DNA from: Azolla caroliniana
Taxonomy: Eukaryota; Plantae; Polypodiophyta
Direction: 5' to 3'
Length of the DNA stretch: 64,000 nt
NCBI GenBank assembly: GCA_043228905.1
Contig: JBHGNT010000014.1
Coordinates: 6,324,001-6,388,000, forward strand
Shown one piece after another: positions 13,448-24,523 of this stretch (its first letter is position 1; each line of letters opens with the position of its first letter). The notes beneath the pieces are model-generated. The model saw nothing but the letters and a program-made list of their open reading frames with translations. It had not been told where the DNA came from and did not search any database. Position numbers and translations under genes: made by a program.

Positions 13448-15112
13448 TCATGTAAAGCATAGCTTCAGTCTTGAAGTTTCAATCATTCTAGCTTCTTCGA
13501 CCATTCCGGAACCTACATAAATGTTTGTTATAAGAGTATAAGCTGCAGCACAGCTTCTATCCAGTTGTATTACATGATCAAATGCTAACCTCCCAACTTT
13601 CACATTCCCCCACTTTCTACATGCACCCAATAGTGCAAGCCAAATGGGAAAATAATCACAAGATGGCATCATTTCAATCGTTGACATTGCCTTGTCAAAA
13701 TGCCCTGTACATGCAAAGACCATCATCATGCATGTGTGGTGCTCTAAGGTTGGCGTGATGGAGTACTTCCTATTTATATTCTCAAAATAGTTTTTTGCCT
13801 CATCTAGTAGCCCGGAGCGGCTACATGCATTCAACACACATAGGAAAGTAACCCTATTTGGAGAGATACCATCACCTTGCATTCTTTGAAAACAACTCAA
13901 TGCTTTGTGACCTTGTCCTTGTTGGGCATATCCTGTTATTAAAGCATTCCATGACGCTTCATTTCGAGTAGAGAGCTTGTCATGCACTTGTTGTGCTCTT
14001 GCCAAAGCACCACATTTGGCATACATATCCACTAAAGCAGTGCAAAGCACAATATCTTTCTCAAGCAAACCCATACTCACAATAATATCATGTAAATATT
14101 TTCCTTTATCAATAGCACCAATATTCCCACAAGCTTTCAAGATGCAAGTGAAAGTAAATGCATTGGGAGAGAGACCATCATTTTGCATCAATTCAAAACA
14201 ATTCAATGCGCTGTGGCCTTGTCCTTGTTGGGTATACCCTGTAATTAGTGCCGACCAAGTTACCACATCTCGGACACGAAGTCGATCATGTAGCTTTTGT
14301 GCTTCAGCGAGAAATCCACACTTCACATACATATCCACCAAACAAGTGGCAAGAACAGAATTTTGATCCAGCAAGCCTCTCTTCATAACTCCATCATGAA
14401 TCCGTTTTCCTTTGTCGATGGCTCGAATGATGCTACATGCCTTAAGCGTAGAAATGAATGTAATTGCATTGGGATAGTGATCTTCAACCAACATTCTATC
14501 GAAACAATCTAATGCATCGTGACCTCTCCCTTGTTGAGCATACCCTTCAATCAATGCAGACCAGGAGATCACATCTTGGTTTTGAATGCCGTTGTGTATT
14601 TGTCGCGCTATGGAAACCTCGCCACATTTGGCATACATATCCACCAAACAGGTGCCAATCATCACATTTCTCTCTTCACACAAGCCCCTACAAAGTATCT
14701 CAACGTGAATGTGCTTTCCTAGCTCTATATCTCTAATACTACCACAAGCCTTCAAAGCACAAATAGAGGTGATTTCATCAAAGGAAAGACTCTCACGCTG
14801 CAATTTTTTGAGACAATTAATTACTTGGTGGCCTTGATTTTGTTGGGCATAGCTTGAAATCAATGCATTCCAGGAGGGTATATCTGGGAAACAAAGTTCA
14901 TCATGTACTCTTTGTGCCTCCATAAGGTTACCACATTTAGCATACATATTGATTAAGGCACTAGATACATAAGGATTCTTTTGAAATAACCCTCTTCTTT
15001 GAAGGATCTCCGAGTGTAACCTAACCCCTGTGTGCAAATCTTTCTTTTCCGTGCATTCTTTCAGTAACCGAACGAATCTGCGACCTTCAATGTGATTGGA
15101 GTTAACCTTCAT
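13448..15112 (-). CDS. PLS-class pentatricopeptide repeat protein with E domain (organellar RNA-editing factor type)
   Basis: Intronless ORF with repeated LVDMYAKCG / VxWxALIxGY / PNAxTFxxxLKACG triplets and a C-terminal E domain (WLALLGACRKWGNVKVGRLAFDHVIQLD). No DYW domain. First ATG at 15112; the ORF track starts earlier at a GTG. Confidence 0.9.
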   Translation of the reverse strand: MKVNSNHIEGRRFVRLLKECTEKKDLHTGVRLHSEILQRRGLFQKNPYVSSALINMYAKCGNLMEAQRVHDELCFPDIPSWNALISSYAQQNQGHQVINCLKKLQRESLSFDEITSICALKACGSIRDIELGKHIHVEILCRGLCEERNVMIGTCLVDMYAKCGEVSIARQIHNGIQNQDVISWSALIEGYAQQGRGHDALDCFDRMLVEDHYPNAITFISTLKACSIIRAIDKGKRIHDGVMKRGLLDQNSVLATCLVDMYVKCGFLAEAQKLHDRLRVRDVVTWSALITGYTQQGQGHSALNCFELMQNDGLSPNAFTFTCILKACGNIGAIDKGKYLHDIIVSMGLLEKDIVLCTALVDMYAKCGALARAQQVHDKLSTRNEASWNALITGYAQQGQGHKALSCFQRMQGDGISPNRVTFLCVLNACSRSGLLDEAKNYFENINRKYSITPTLEHHTCMMMVFACTGHFDKAMSTIEMMPSCDYFPIWLALLGACRKWGNVKVGRLAFDHVIQLDRSCAAAYTLITNIYVGSGMVEEARMIETSRLKLCFT

Positions 15113-16813
15113 TATGTATGTATGTATATAAATGAGTAGAAAGTATGGGGTGGGTTGACAAGAGGAGGATGAAATTTGAATGATGCATTTCGGAGAGTTA
15201 AATAAAATAGGCAAAGTGTAAGAAAGTAATAAGATTTTGAAGCTCCAATTTGGGGTGTGTGTGTGTGTGTGTGTGTCCGGTGGCACCTTGCAGGGCTAGT
15301 GTCCCCTCGGACCACCTCTTTGAGCCTTTTGGTTTGACAAAGAGCCGAGGTGCCATCTAGGGAAGGGGGGTCATCCATCCCATGATCTTGTTTCATTGCT
15401 TGACTTCGATGTGTACAAGAGAGTTCGACCACGCAAACTATATAATATGTGTCTTGGGCAATTTGTGTGAATTAGATGAGTTAATCGGGGCATTTGGTTA
15501 CGTAAGAAACGGGGTTCTGGGTGAATGTGGAAGTTCAGTATTAGAAGATATAGAAGAATAAGGGATTTGTAGCACTAGAGAGTCTCAACTTACAAATTAT
15601 AGGCAATGGCTCTTTAGGTAGTTTGTGTGATGGATAACAACATGAGCTTTTGTGTGGAAATAGCAAAAGCACTCACAAAGGGATAAAGTGTATGGGTAGT
15701 TAGAGAGTCCAACTTACACAAGCTACTCTGAGTGATTCATTTGAAAATTGATGAGTTAACATGGGCACTTAGGTATCATGAATTAGAGTACATAGACCTA
15801 AAGAATTGATGAGACATATGGGCAATTTGTGGAGTTGGGTTATTAGAGCAAACAAATGAACACGGGATTTGGGTGATTAGAGACTTTGGGCTTTGTCTTG
15901 ATGTCGTGCATTGGATTACTTTAAAATGCGCATCATTTTGATGCACAACATTGAATACCATTTTGTTCACTTAGATTTGAAGTTGCAATGGAGTAAAAGT
16001 AAGTTGGCAATACAACAATATATTGGGCACTCACTTTGAAAGTTTATAATATTCAGAATAACCAACATGGGCAACATGTATGCTTACGTCTTGTAATCAT
16101 TGGTTACACGGAGTTTATCCTCCAACTACCCAATATTAATATGAAGTTACATATAATCTAAGATGTGGTCAAAGATTATGGAAGTGTTAATTATTTTTCC
16201 TTGAAACGAAAAGAAGATGGGACATAGCCATGAGTTTTGAACATTTATAATGAGTTGCTCGAAACATTCACGAGGTCTTGTTGTGTGCTTCCATGCAACA
16301 ACATCATTTTGTGGGTTACAAAGGAGAGAGTAGACCCACTAACTATCAAACATCATATGGTTAACTACATTTGTATATCCATGTTTTAGACATAGACCCA
16401 TGGTTTACTGAATACAAAGGGATATAGATAGCCATGGAAACGAATCTCTTTATGGATCACTTCCATGAGACTATGACTCAATCATAACATTATGTTCATC
16501 GCACAACCCCATTACAAAAGTACAAGCAAATGTTGCCGTTGAGCCCAATGCGATGTATGGACAACATGGGCTTCAACACAGGGACTTTGAACTCATACGA
16601 GCTCTTATTTAGTTGATCAAAATTTGGTTAACGGGTTGGGTCTTAATGAATATTGGAGTCTCAATCGAGAATGGATGCATTAATTTCAAAATTGAATGTT
16701 TATGTTGGCGCACGCATTATGGCCTTGTCCGACTCATCAATAAGTGACATAGTGGGGACATGTCTTCGATGAAATGTCCCGCGGACTGTGCTCCATAGTC
16801 TCTACATAAGTTC

Positions 16814-19800
16814 ATGAAACTATTTATTTGGCCCTTCAATCACCCAACAATCTTAACGCTCAGAAAACACCCTGGATTCATGAAGAGACGCATGATCTCT
16901 GGAGATGCTGCTCCTCACGAAGATTTCGCTCTGCTAGGGTCTCTGAAGGAATGCGGCCAACAGAAGGATTTGCAAAGAGGGAGTGTATTATATGCACAGA
17001 TCATTAAAAAGGGTATTCTTGAATATAGTCCTTATTTAAGTAGCTCTTTAATCAGCATGTATGCTAAATGTGGCAATCTTGAAGAAGCACATTATGTACA
17101 TGATGGAATTAAGATTAGAAACACTGTCTCTTGGAATGCTCTTGTTTCAGCATATGCCCAAAAGAGAGAAAAATCTCAACAAGCTTTCCATTGTTTTGAA
17201 CAAATGCAAAGTGAAGGTCTCTTGCCAGATGTGGTCACTTTCACATGTATCTTAAAGGCTTGTGGGCAATTCCGTGCTGTTGAAAAAGGTAAAGAAATAC
17301 ATGAAATGATCGTGGTCTGTGGGTTTCTAGAGAAGGATGTTGTGCTCGGTAATGCTTTGGTGGATATGTATGCCAAATGTGGTATGCTCTCTAGAGCACA
17401 AGATGTGCTTGATGAGCTTCACATACAAAATGTAGTATCTTGGAATGGTCTCATTGCAGGTAATGCAAATCAAGGAAAAGGGCATGATGCATTTTGTTGT
17501 TTTAGATCGATGCAAGAAAAGGGAATATCACCAAATGCAGTCACGTTTCTTTGCATCTTGAAGGCCTGTGCAAATACTGGAGATATCAAGATGGGCCAAG
17601 AAATCCACGATGAAATTATCTCTAGGGGCCTTTTAAAGAAAAATGATGTGCTTTGCACTGCGTTAGTGGATATGTATGTAAAGTGTGGTATGCTTGCCAA
17701 AGCTCATCAAGTTCATGAAGAGAATTGTGCCCGTGATGTGGTCGCTTGGAATGCACTTATTGCAGGGTATATACAGCATGGAAAAGAATATGAAGCTATG
17801 AATTGTTTTGAACAAATGCAAAATGAGGGTCTCTCCCCTAATGCTGTCACTTTCACATGCTTCTCAAAGGCTTGTGGTGGTATTGGAGCTATAGATAAAT
17901 GCCTGGGAATTCATCATAAGCTTGTGATTAAGGGTTTGATGAAAAAAGATGATATCCTTGGTAATGCATTGGTGCATATGTATATGAAATGTGGCATGTG
18001 TGTGGATGCGCAATATGTACACGATGAGCTTCATCTTAAAAGTGTAGTCTCATGGTCAGCATTGATAGCGGGGTATACTGAATCAGGAAAATGTAAAGAA
18101 GCATTGAATTGTTTCCAAAGGATGCGAGATGAAGGACTCTTTCCAGACTCTGTGACTTTCACTTGTGCCTTGAGGGCGTGCCGAGATATGAGAGATATTG
18201 AGATGGGCAAAGATATTCATAGTGAGATATGTAAAAAGGGTCTCTTGGAGAAGCAAAGTTTTCTAGGCACTGCTTTGGTGGACATGTATTCAAAATGTGG
18301 CGAGCTTGGAAAAGCACGGGAGCTTCTAAAAGAGCTTCCTCTTCGTAATGTAGACTCATGGAATGTGGTAATTGCCGAGTATGTGAAACAAGGGCAAAAC
18401 CTTGAAGCATTGAACTTGTATGAATGGATGCAAGATGAGGGTCTCTCTCCAAATGAAATTACTTTCACTAGTGTTTTAAAAGCTTGTGGTGGCATGGTGG
18501 AAATCAAGAAGGGGAAAGAAATTCATTATGAGATTGAATCAATGGGTTTGCTCGAGAGAGATACTGTAGTCAGCACAGCATTAGTAGATATGTATGCTAA
18601 ATGTGGTTTGCTTGTGAAAGCACAACGAGTACATGATAAACTTCGGCTACAAAATGTGGTCACTTGGAATGCATTAATCACTGGGTATGTTCAAAAAGGG
18701 CAAGCTCATGAAGCATTGAATTGTTTTGAGAGGATGCAAAGACAGAGCATTAGTCCAAATGCGATCACATTTGTATGCATGTTGAAGGCTTGTGGAGATA
18801 TAGGAGTTGTTGAGAAGGGCAATAGAATTCACAAAGAGATTCTTGGTCAGAAAATGCTCAAAGGAAATATAGTTCTGGGGACTGCTTTAGTAGATATGTA
18901 TTCCAAATGCGGTGAGCTTAGAAAAGCCGAGCAAGTGCTGGAAGAGCTTTGTGATAGGAACGAAGTTTCCTGGTCGGCACTTATGGCTGGTTACACACTG
19001 CATGGACAAGGCCACAAAGCATTAAATTGTTTCTTACGTATGCAAAATGAGGGCATTTCCCCTGACTCTGTGTCATTCCGATGCCTCATCAATGCTTGCA
19101 CTCATTCAGGTCTCTTGTATGAGGCCCAAAGCTGTTTCATGAATATGGAGAGCAAATATGGTATTGATCCTAATCCCGAGCACCATGCTTGCATGGTGGA
19201 AGCTCTTGGATGTGCAGGTTTCTTGGAAAGGGCCATGTCATTGATTAAGATAATGCCGTCTTCTTCTTCTTCTTCTTCTTCTTCTTCTTCGGCGTTTCTT
19301 CCCATTTGGCTTTCGATATTAAATGCCTGTAAGAAATGGGAGAACCCGAAGCTAGGTAGACTGGCGTTCAATCATGTAATGCTACTTGATAAGGTTTGTG
19401 CTACGGCTTTTGTCCTTATGGCTAAGATTTATGCAAGTGCTGGTATGCAACAACACCTAAAGGAAATTGAAGAGATGAGGCTCAAAAATTGTGTAGGCGT
19501 AGAAAAGGACTTGTTTGTGGATTCATATACAATGCATTCTCGAAATGGAAACAAATGTGTGAAGGTGAACTATGTTTCATGTGAAAAATCACAAGATACA
19601 AAAGGTGACACAATGTGTTTTGGATTTCAACAACATGATTGTTCATTTCTTGTTTTCTCATATCATGTTAATGTCATTTCTGTTTTTCGTATAGTATATC
19701 ACTCAAACCTTTTTGTATTCTTTTTATTGATTTCTTCATTTGTTTTCATCTATGCTGTTATCCCTCTTATTAGTTATATGTTGGGCCAGTCAAATTATTC

Positions 19801-19843
19801 ACAATCATCACCCACAATGTTGACAAACGATTTCTTTCGATAA
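16814..19843 (+). CDS. Long PLS-class PPR protein with E domain and degenerate C-terminus
   Basis: 1009-aa intronless ORF with about 7 PLS triplets and an E domain (WLSILNACKKWENPKLGRLAFNHV). An in-frame (TCT)n encodes poly-Ser. No HxE..CxxC DYW motif. Confidence 0.9.
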   Translation: MKLFIWPFNHPTILTLRKHPGFMKRRMISGDAAPHEDFALLGSLKECGQQKDLQRGSVLYAQIIKKGILEYSPYLSSSLISMYAKCGNLEEAHYVHDGIKIRNTVSWNALVSAYAQKREKSQQAFHCFEQMQSEGLLPDVVTFTCILKACGQFRAVEKGKEIHEMIVVCGFLEKDVVLGNALVDMYAKCGMLSRAQDVLDELHIQNVVSWNGLIAGNANQGKGHDAFCCFRSMQEKGISPNAVTFLCILKACANTGDIKMGQEIHDEIISRGLLKKNDVLCTALVDMYVKCGMLAKAHQVHEENCARDVVAWNALIAGYIQHGKEYEAMNCFEQMQNEGLSPNAVTFTCFSKACGGIGAIDKCLGIHHKLVIKGLMKKDDILGNALVHMYMKCGMCVDAQYVHDELHLKSVVSWSALIAGYTESGKCKEALNCFQRMRDEGLFPDSVTFTCALRACRDMRDIEMGKDIHSEICKKGLLEKQSFLGTALVDMYSKCGELGKARELLKELPLRNVDSWNVVIAEYVKQGQNLEALNLYEWMQDEGLSPNEITFTSVLKACGGMVEIKKGKEIHYEIESMGLLERDTVVSTALVDMYAKCGLLVKAQRVHDKLRLQNVVTWNALITGYVQKGQAHEALNCFERMQRQSISPNAITFVCMLKACGDIGVVEKGNRIHKEILGQKMLKGNIVLGTALVDMYSKCGELRKAEQVLEELCDRNEVSWSALMAGYTLHGQGHKALNCFLRMQNEGISPDSVSFRCLINACTHSGLLYEAQSCFMNMESKYGIDPNPEHHACMVEALGCAGFLERAMSLIKIMPSSSSSSSSSSSAFLPIWLSILNACKKWENPKLGRLAFNHVMLLDKVCATAFVLMAKIYASAGMQQHLKEIEEMRLKNCVGVEKDLFVDSYTMHSRNGNKCVKVNYVSCEKSQDTKGDTMCFGFQQHDCSFLVFSYHVNVISVFRIVYHSNLFVFFLLISSFVFIYAVIPLISYMLGQSNYSQSSPTMLTNDFFR

Positions 19844-20669
19844 TTGTTTTGCGTAACAAAAATTTCTTCTTTATTTCATATATATACCCTTTTGCTAAAA
19901 TGTGATGTCATGTTACATTTTTGTCTACTTTTAGGACAAATGCCTTTCTCTTTGGTAGGATTGAATGTGCTCTATAAAGTAAGGTGTTCTTACGGTGATC
20001 TCTTAACCCTAAGTACCATTCTTAACATTTCAAAGAATGGTATCCTATGCCATTCATTATATTTGAAGTTTGTGTATCAATTCTTGTGGTAGGTCGAGCA
20101 TATTTTTGTAAGTGTCAACACGAGAAGGGAAGGAGATTTAGGGTGGAGTATGAAGTAAAAAATTGTAGAGGTAGTTCTTTCTTATCATTATAATCAATGA
20201 GATTATTTAATAATGAATTCAGTTAAACAATATTGAACACCCCTTCACAAGATAAATCAAAACTGTTTACTAATAACCATGCTTAAAAAATACATAACAC
20301 CCCTTCATCACACGTTTGCCAAACTTTGGTTCAACAAAGACATAAATCCTCAGAAAAATGAAGAATTTTGTTCTAGAAATTCGTGTGTTCAAGAAAGTGT
20401 CAATCCCATTCATATAATTGATTTTATATCTTCAATTGTGGGAAGAAGCATTTGCATATTCTTAGTGTTAAGATCATTCACCTGAGCAATTTAACTCAAG
20501 TGAATTTATAAGCTTAAAGTTTGTCTATTGAGTGATGAATTCTTGGGCATGGTGGGAATGAAGACCTCGAAAGTTCAAAATCAAGAAGGTTAGACTATAT
20601 GCAACAATGCAAATGCCTTCTAATCCTCTTTGGAAAAAAAGAAAAAACTAACAGTTTACTCTTGATAAA

Positions 20670-21920
20670 TGGCATCATGGCAACCAAAGATTTGGAGTTG
20701 ATCCAGCTCGATGTCAAAATGGCATTCTTCCATGGTGACCTAGAGAAGGAGATTTATATGGAGCAACTGAAAGGCTTCGTGGTATCCGGCCGAGAACATC
20801 TAGTCTACAGTCTCAGGAAAAGTCTATACAGCCTCAAACAAGCACCTCAGCAGTGGTGCAAGAAGTTCGACGACTTCATCCAATTGGTCAACTTCTACAA
20901 GACCGATAAAACCAATGTCTCTTCCAAAAAACAACTCGAGATGGGTCACCCATCTTCCTCATCATCTACGTGGACGACATGCTCCTCTCCAGTCGACATG
21001 TTGGAGAGCTTGTTGAACTCGTTCGACAACTGGGGTTGAAGTTTGCCATGAAGGACCTATGTTCGGGAAGACAAATTCTAGGGATGAAGATAAGTCAGCT
21101 TCGGAATTGAGGACAACTGTTTTTGTCTCAAACCAACTATATTGGACGTGTCTTATAATGCTTCAACATGCAATTGGCAAAATCTGGTTTGACCCCACAC
21201 CCAATTAGCCTTTGGCTATCTCAAAAGGACTGCCCAACATCCGGTCCGAAAGGGGAAATTATGAAGTCGACGCCATACTCACCAATTGTCGGCTCCTTGA
21301 TGTACGCAATAGTTGCAACATAGCCGGACTTATCCCATGTCGTAGGAGTCGTTAGTAGATTTATGCACAATCCTGGCCGATCGCATTGGAATTCAGTAGG
21401 GCACAAAAGACGATGACATCCTATTTGGCCCGAACAAGACTTCAGGCGTAGTTGGTTAAACCGACTTGGACTTTACTGACTGGTTAGATAGTCGAAAATC
21501 GACAACCAAATACTGCTTTAAATTTGGCAATGGAGCAATCTCATGGAATTCAAAACTTAGGAGTGTAGTACCATGTCAACGACCGAGGCCAAATATTTAG
21601 GCGCATTCGATGCGGCGAAAGAGGCCCTATGGCTCAGTCAGCTAGCACACAGGTTTCGACAAGTCGATGTCGACTTGACTTGAGTTGTTTATAGTGATAA
21701 TTAGGGTGTTATCGCTTTGTTGAGAAATCTGGTCCAGCACAACGCTGTGAAGCACATCAATGTGAGATATCACTTTGTTCGAGACTGCATCATTTCAAGG
21801 AAAATCGACCTCGAGAAAATATCAACAACCGATAATGTCGCAAATGGAATGACCAAGTGTCTTCCGATAGACCGATTCCGGTCTCTTAGGCACTAGATGG
21901 GTGTTCAGAAAAATTAGTCT
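20670..21920 (+). mobile_element. Degenerate Copia RT-RNase H fragment
   Basis: ELIQLDVKMAFFHGDLEKEIYMEQ...LRKSLYSLKQAPQQW, YVDDML, GSLMYA and KHINVRYHF in broken frames. Confidence 0.85.
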
Positions 21921-22499
21921 GATTGAGTCAAACACTCAGGACAGGTTTCAGACATTCGACAATTGACATAGATGACTAAGCTTTGGACACTACGACTTAG
22001 ATGTACTTTCGGACTGGCCGATTCGGCTTCGCCCTTCCAGCCCTAGCCGACCCAGATATTTCAGATTTGGACAAGACCGATCTATCCGACAAACTTTGTA
22101 TAAATTTTTATTCTTTTGTTTACTCCTTTTAGTACATATTTTTTGTTGTATCCGCCCATTACGAGGGTGTGTCAAATACGGGTACATAATGGACGTATTC
22201 ACATAGTTCCATTGGACAAAGTAGGTTTAGGCCATATTTATAAATATTGGGAAGGGCAATTGCCCTAGGTCAATTAATATCTAAACCGATCTTTGTAACC
22301 TAGTTAGTTTGATGTTGTTGTTGCCATTTTAAATAATACAGTTACACACCTTTGTGTAGACCTTGGTGTGCTTCTTCTCTCTGTCTTTCTTGTTGATCTT
22401 GTCCTATGATTGAGTTATCTTGTGTTATCAATCCGTTCCTTTGTATCATCTGAAGATCTTCATCTCTAAGAGTGTTGAGATTGTTTCGCATCCTAACAG

Positions 22500-24112
22500 C
22501 CACTTCCAACAAAGACTTCCTGGCATAGACCAAGCATACCCAAAAATTGCCGCAACTTCTCAAGTCCGAGAAGTTTGGTGAAGACGTCGGGCATCTATTG
22601 ATCCGTCGGAATGTACACTAGTTCCACTTCCCAGAGAGAACTCACTTGCACATGAAGTGGTAATGCACTTCGATGTGTTTCGTTCGAGCGTGGAAGTCTT
22701 GGTTCTTCGCTAATTGGATACTGTTGAGGTTGTCATAGTAAATCATTGTCAGATAAGACACCTATAACCGTAGATCCTTCAATAACCTTTTAAGCCAAAT
22801 GGCTTCACATGTAACAACAACCGCTTCGTTGTACTCGGCGTCGGTGCTCAATAGTGCTACTCTCAGCTACTTCTTGTTGCACTAAGCAATCGTTGGGGAC
22901 CCCAAGAAGGCATAGCCGGATGTTGATTGGCAATCGCTTGCACTTCCAGACAAATCGGCGTATGTGTAGGTGACTAGTTGTTCGGCTACACCTGCCCGAT
23001 ATATCAACCCTCGATCCTTTGTGCCGCTCCCGTAACGCAATATCCAATGCACGCATTGAAGGTGATTGAATGTCAGTTGCGACATAAATTGACTAATCAA
23101 GCCGACCGGATAGTTGAGGTTCAGCCAGTGATCGTCAGATAGATGAGGCTTTCGAGAATATGAAAGAACCATGCTGCATCGCAAGACGTCCCCGACTCGT
23201 GGCAAAGCTTGACATTCCTGTCAAGAGGAGTTTAGAGGGATTTACAATCTGTCATGCTGAACTTGAAGAGCATATTCAGCACATAGAGTCGTTGGCTGAT
23301 CAATATGCCTTCGAAGGTGCGGATCACTTCGATCTCAAGGAAGTAATGAAGGTCCCCCAAGTCCTTCATCTCGAATGATGCTGCCAGCTAAGACTTGACA
23401 CGACCAATTTTCTCCAAGTAGGCATCGGAAATGACCAAATCATCTACATAAAGCAATATGCTAACTGACCCATTCAGACCTTGCTGGATGAACAACGAAG
23501 AATACGACTTTGACGACTGAAACCCCATCTGACGCAATCTCTCTGTGATCTTTGCGGTCTAGGCATGGGGGGCTTGTTTCAGACTGTTAAGGAACTTCTT
23601 CAACTGGCAGACTGCCGAATTGTTCGATTTGGATTGGAATTCAGGAGGTTTCACCATGTACACCTGTTCCTCAAGGTCACCGTGGAGGAACATGTTCTTT
23701 ACATCCATCCGATACAGGTGCCTTCCCTTTCTTGCTGCTATGACAAACAACACATGGACGGTCGTCATCTTCGTAACCGGTGCAAACATTTTGTCGTAGT
23801 CTATTTTGTGTTGCTGCGCGTAACCCTTGGCCACCAATCGAGCCTTATACCTGTTGACGGAGCCGTCAACGTTGTACTTTACCTTGTACACCCATCTGCA
23901 ACCGATCAACTTGACACCTTTTGCTCCTTGTTTGGCTCCTCTTTGCTCGATTGCTTGTTGTAGTCCCATATGTCCTCTTAATGTGTTCACACATTGATTT
24001 GGGAGAGGTTTGGTCAAGTCGTAGGCGATGTTCACCTCGGTATCCACCTTCTGGACTTTGAGCTTCTTGTTAGTGAAGAGCTCCTGAATATGATGGTACC
24101 TCGCCTCAATAT
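22500..24112 (-). mobile_element. Degenerate Copia RT-RNase H fragments (chimeric)
   Basis: [40 protein letters not shown] and YPVGLISQFM. A second RNase H end (HIEARYHHIQE) is joined at ~23920. Confidence 0.8.
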
Positions 24113-24113
24113 G

Positions 24114-24487
24114 TGTTGAGCGGACAAACTCAACCTGATTCGGGTCAGCTGAATAAGCCAAAACCGGATCGGTATCGGATTAGAGAAGAGAGCTGGAATG
24201 GAGAGTTGGATTCGGAGATTCGGATCGGTGGACCGAATCAGAGAGTCAGGTCCATGTGTGAACTAGTAGGCCGTTGGAGGTCTACACTCCTAGACGACTA
24301 AGTAGTTATGATCCTAGGAGTTAGTGTCAATAGCTTAGTACGAGCATTGAAGTACGTATCAATACTTCAGTCAGTCCTTTATGGACTTGTATAAAACGTG
24401 TTTGTAGAATGTTTCATGTAAAGAGTATGAGAATATTTTTGAAATAGATTTTTTTATTGTTTTGCTTTCTCTATCTCTCTTGTGTAC

Positions 24488-24523
<36 letters not shown>

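Noticed and set aside
15113-15432. Upstream coding exon or N-terminal extension for the minus-strand PPR
   Set aside because: The extension starts at GTG and crosses a CA microsatellite, and the candidate splice phases did not match.
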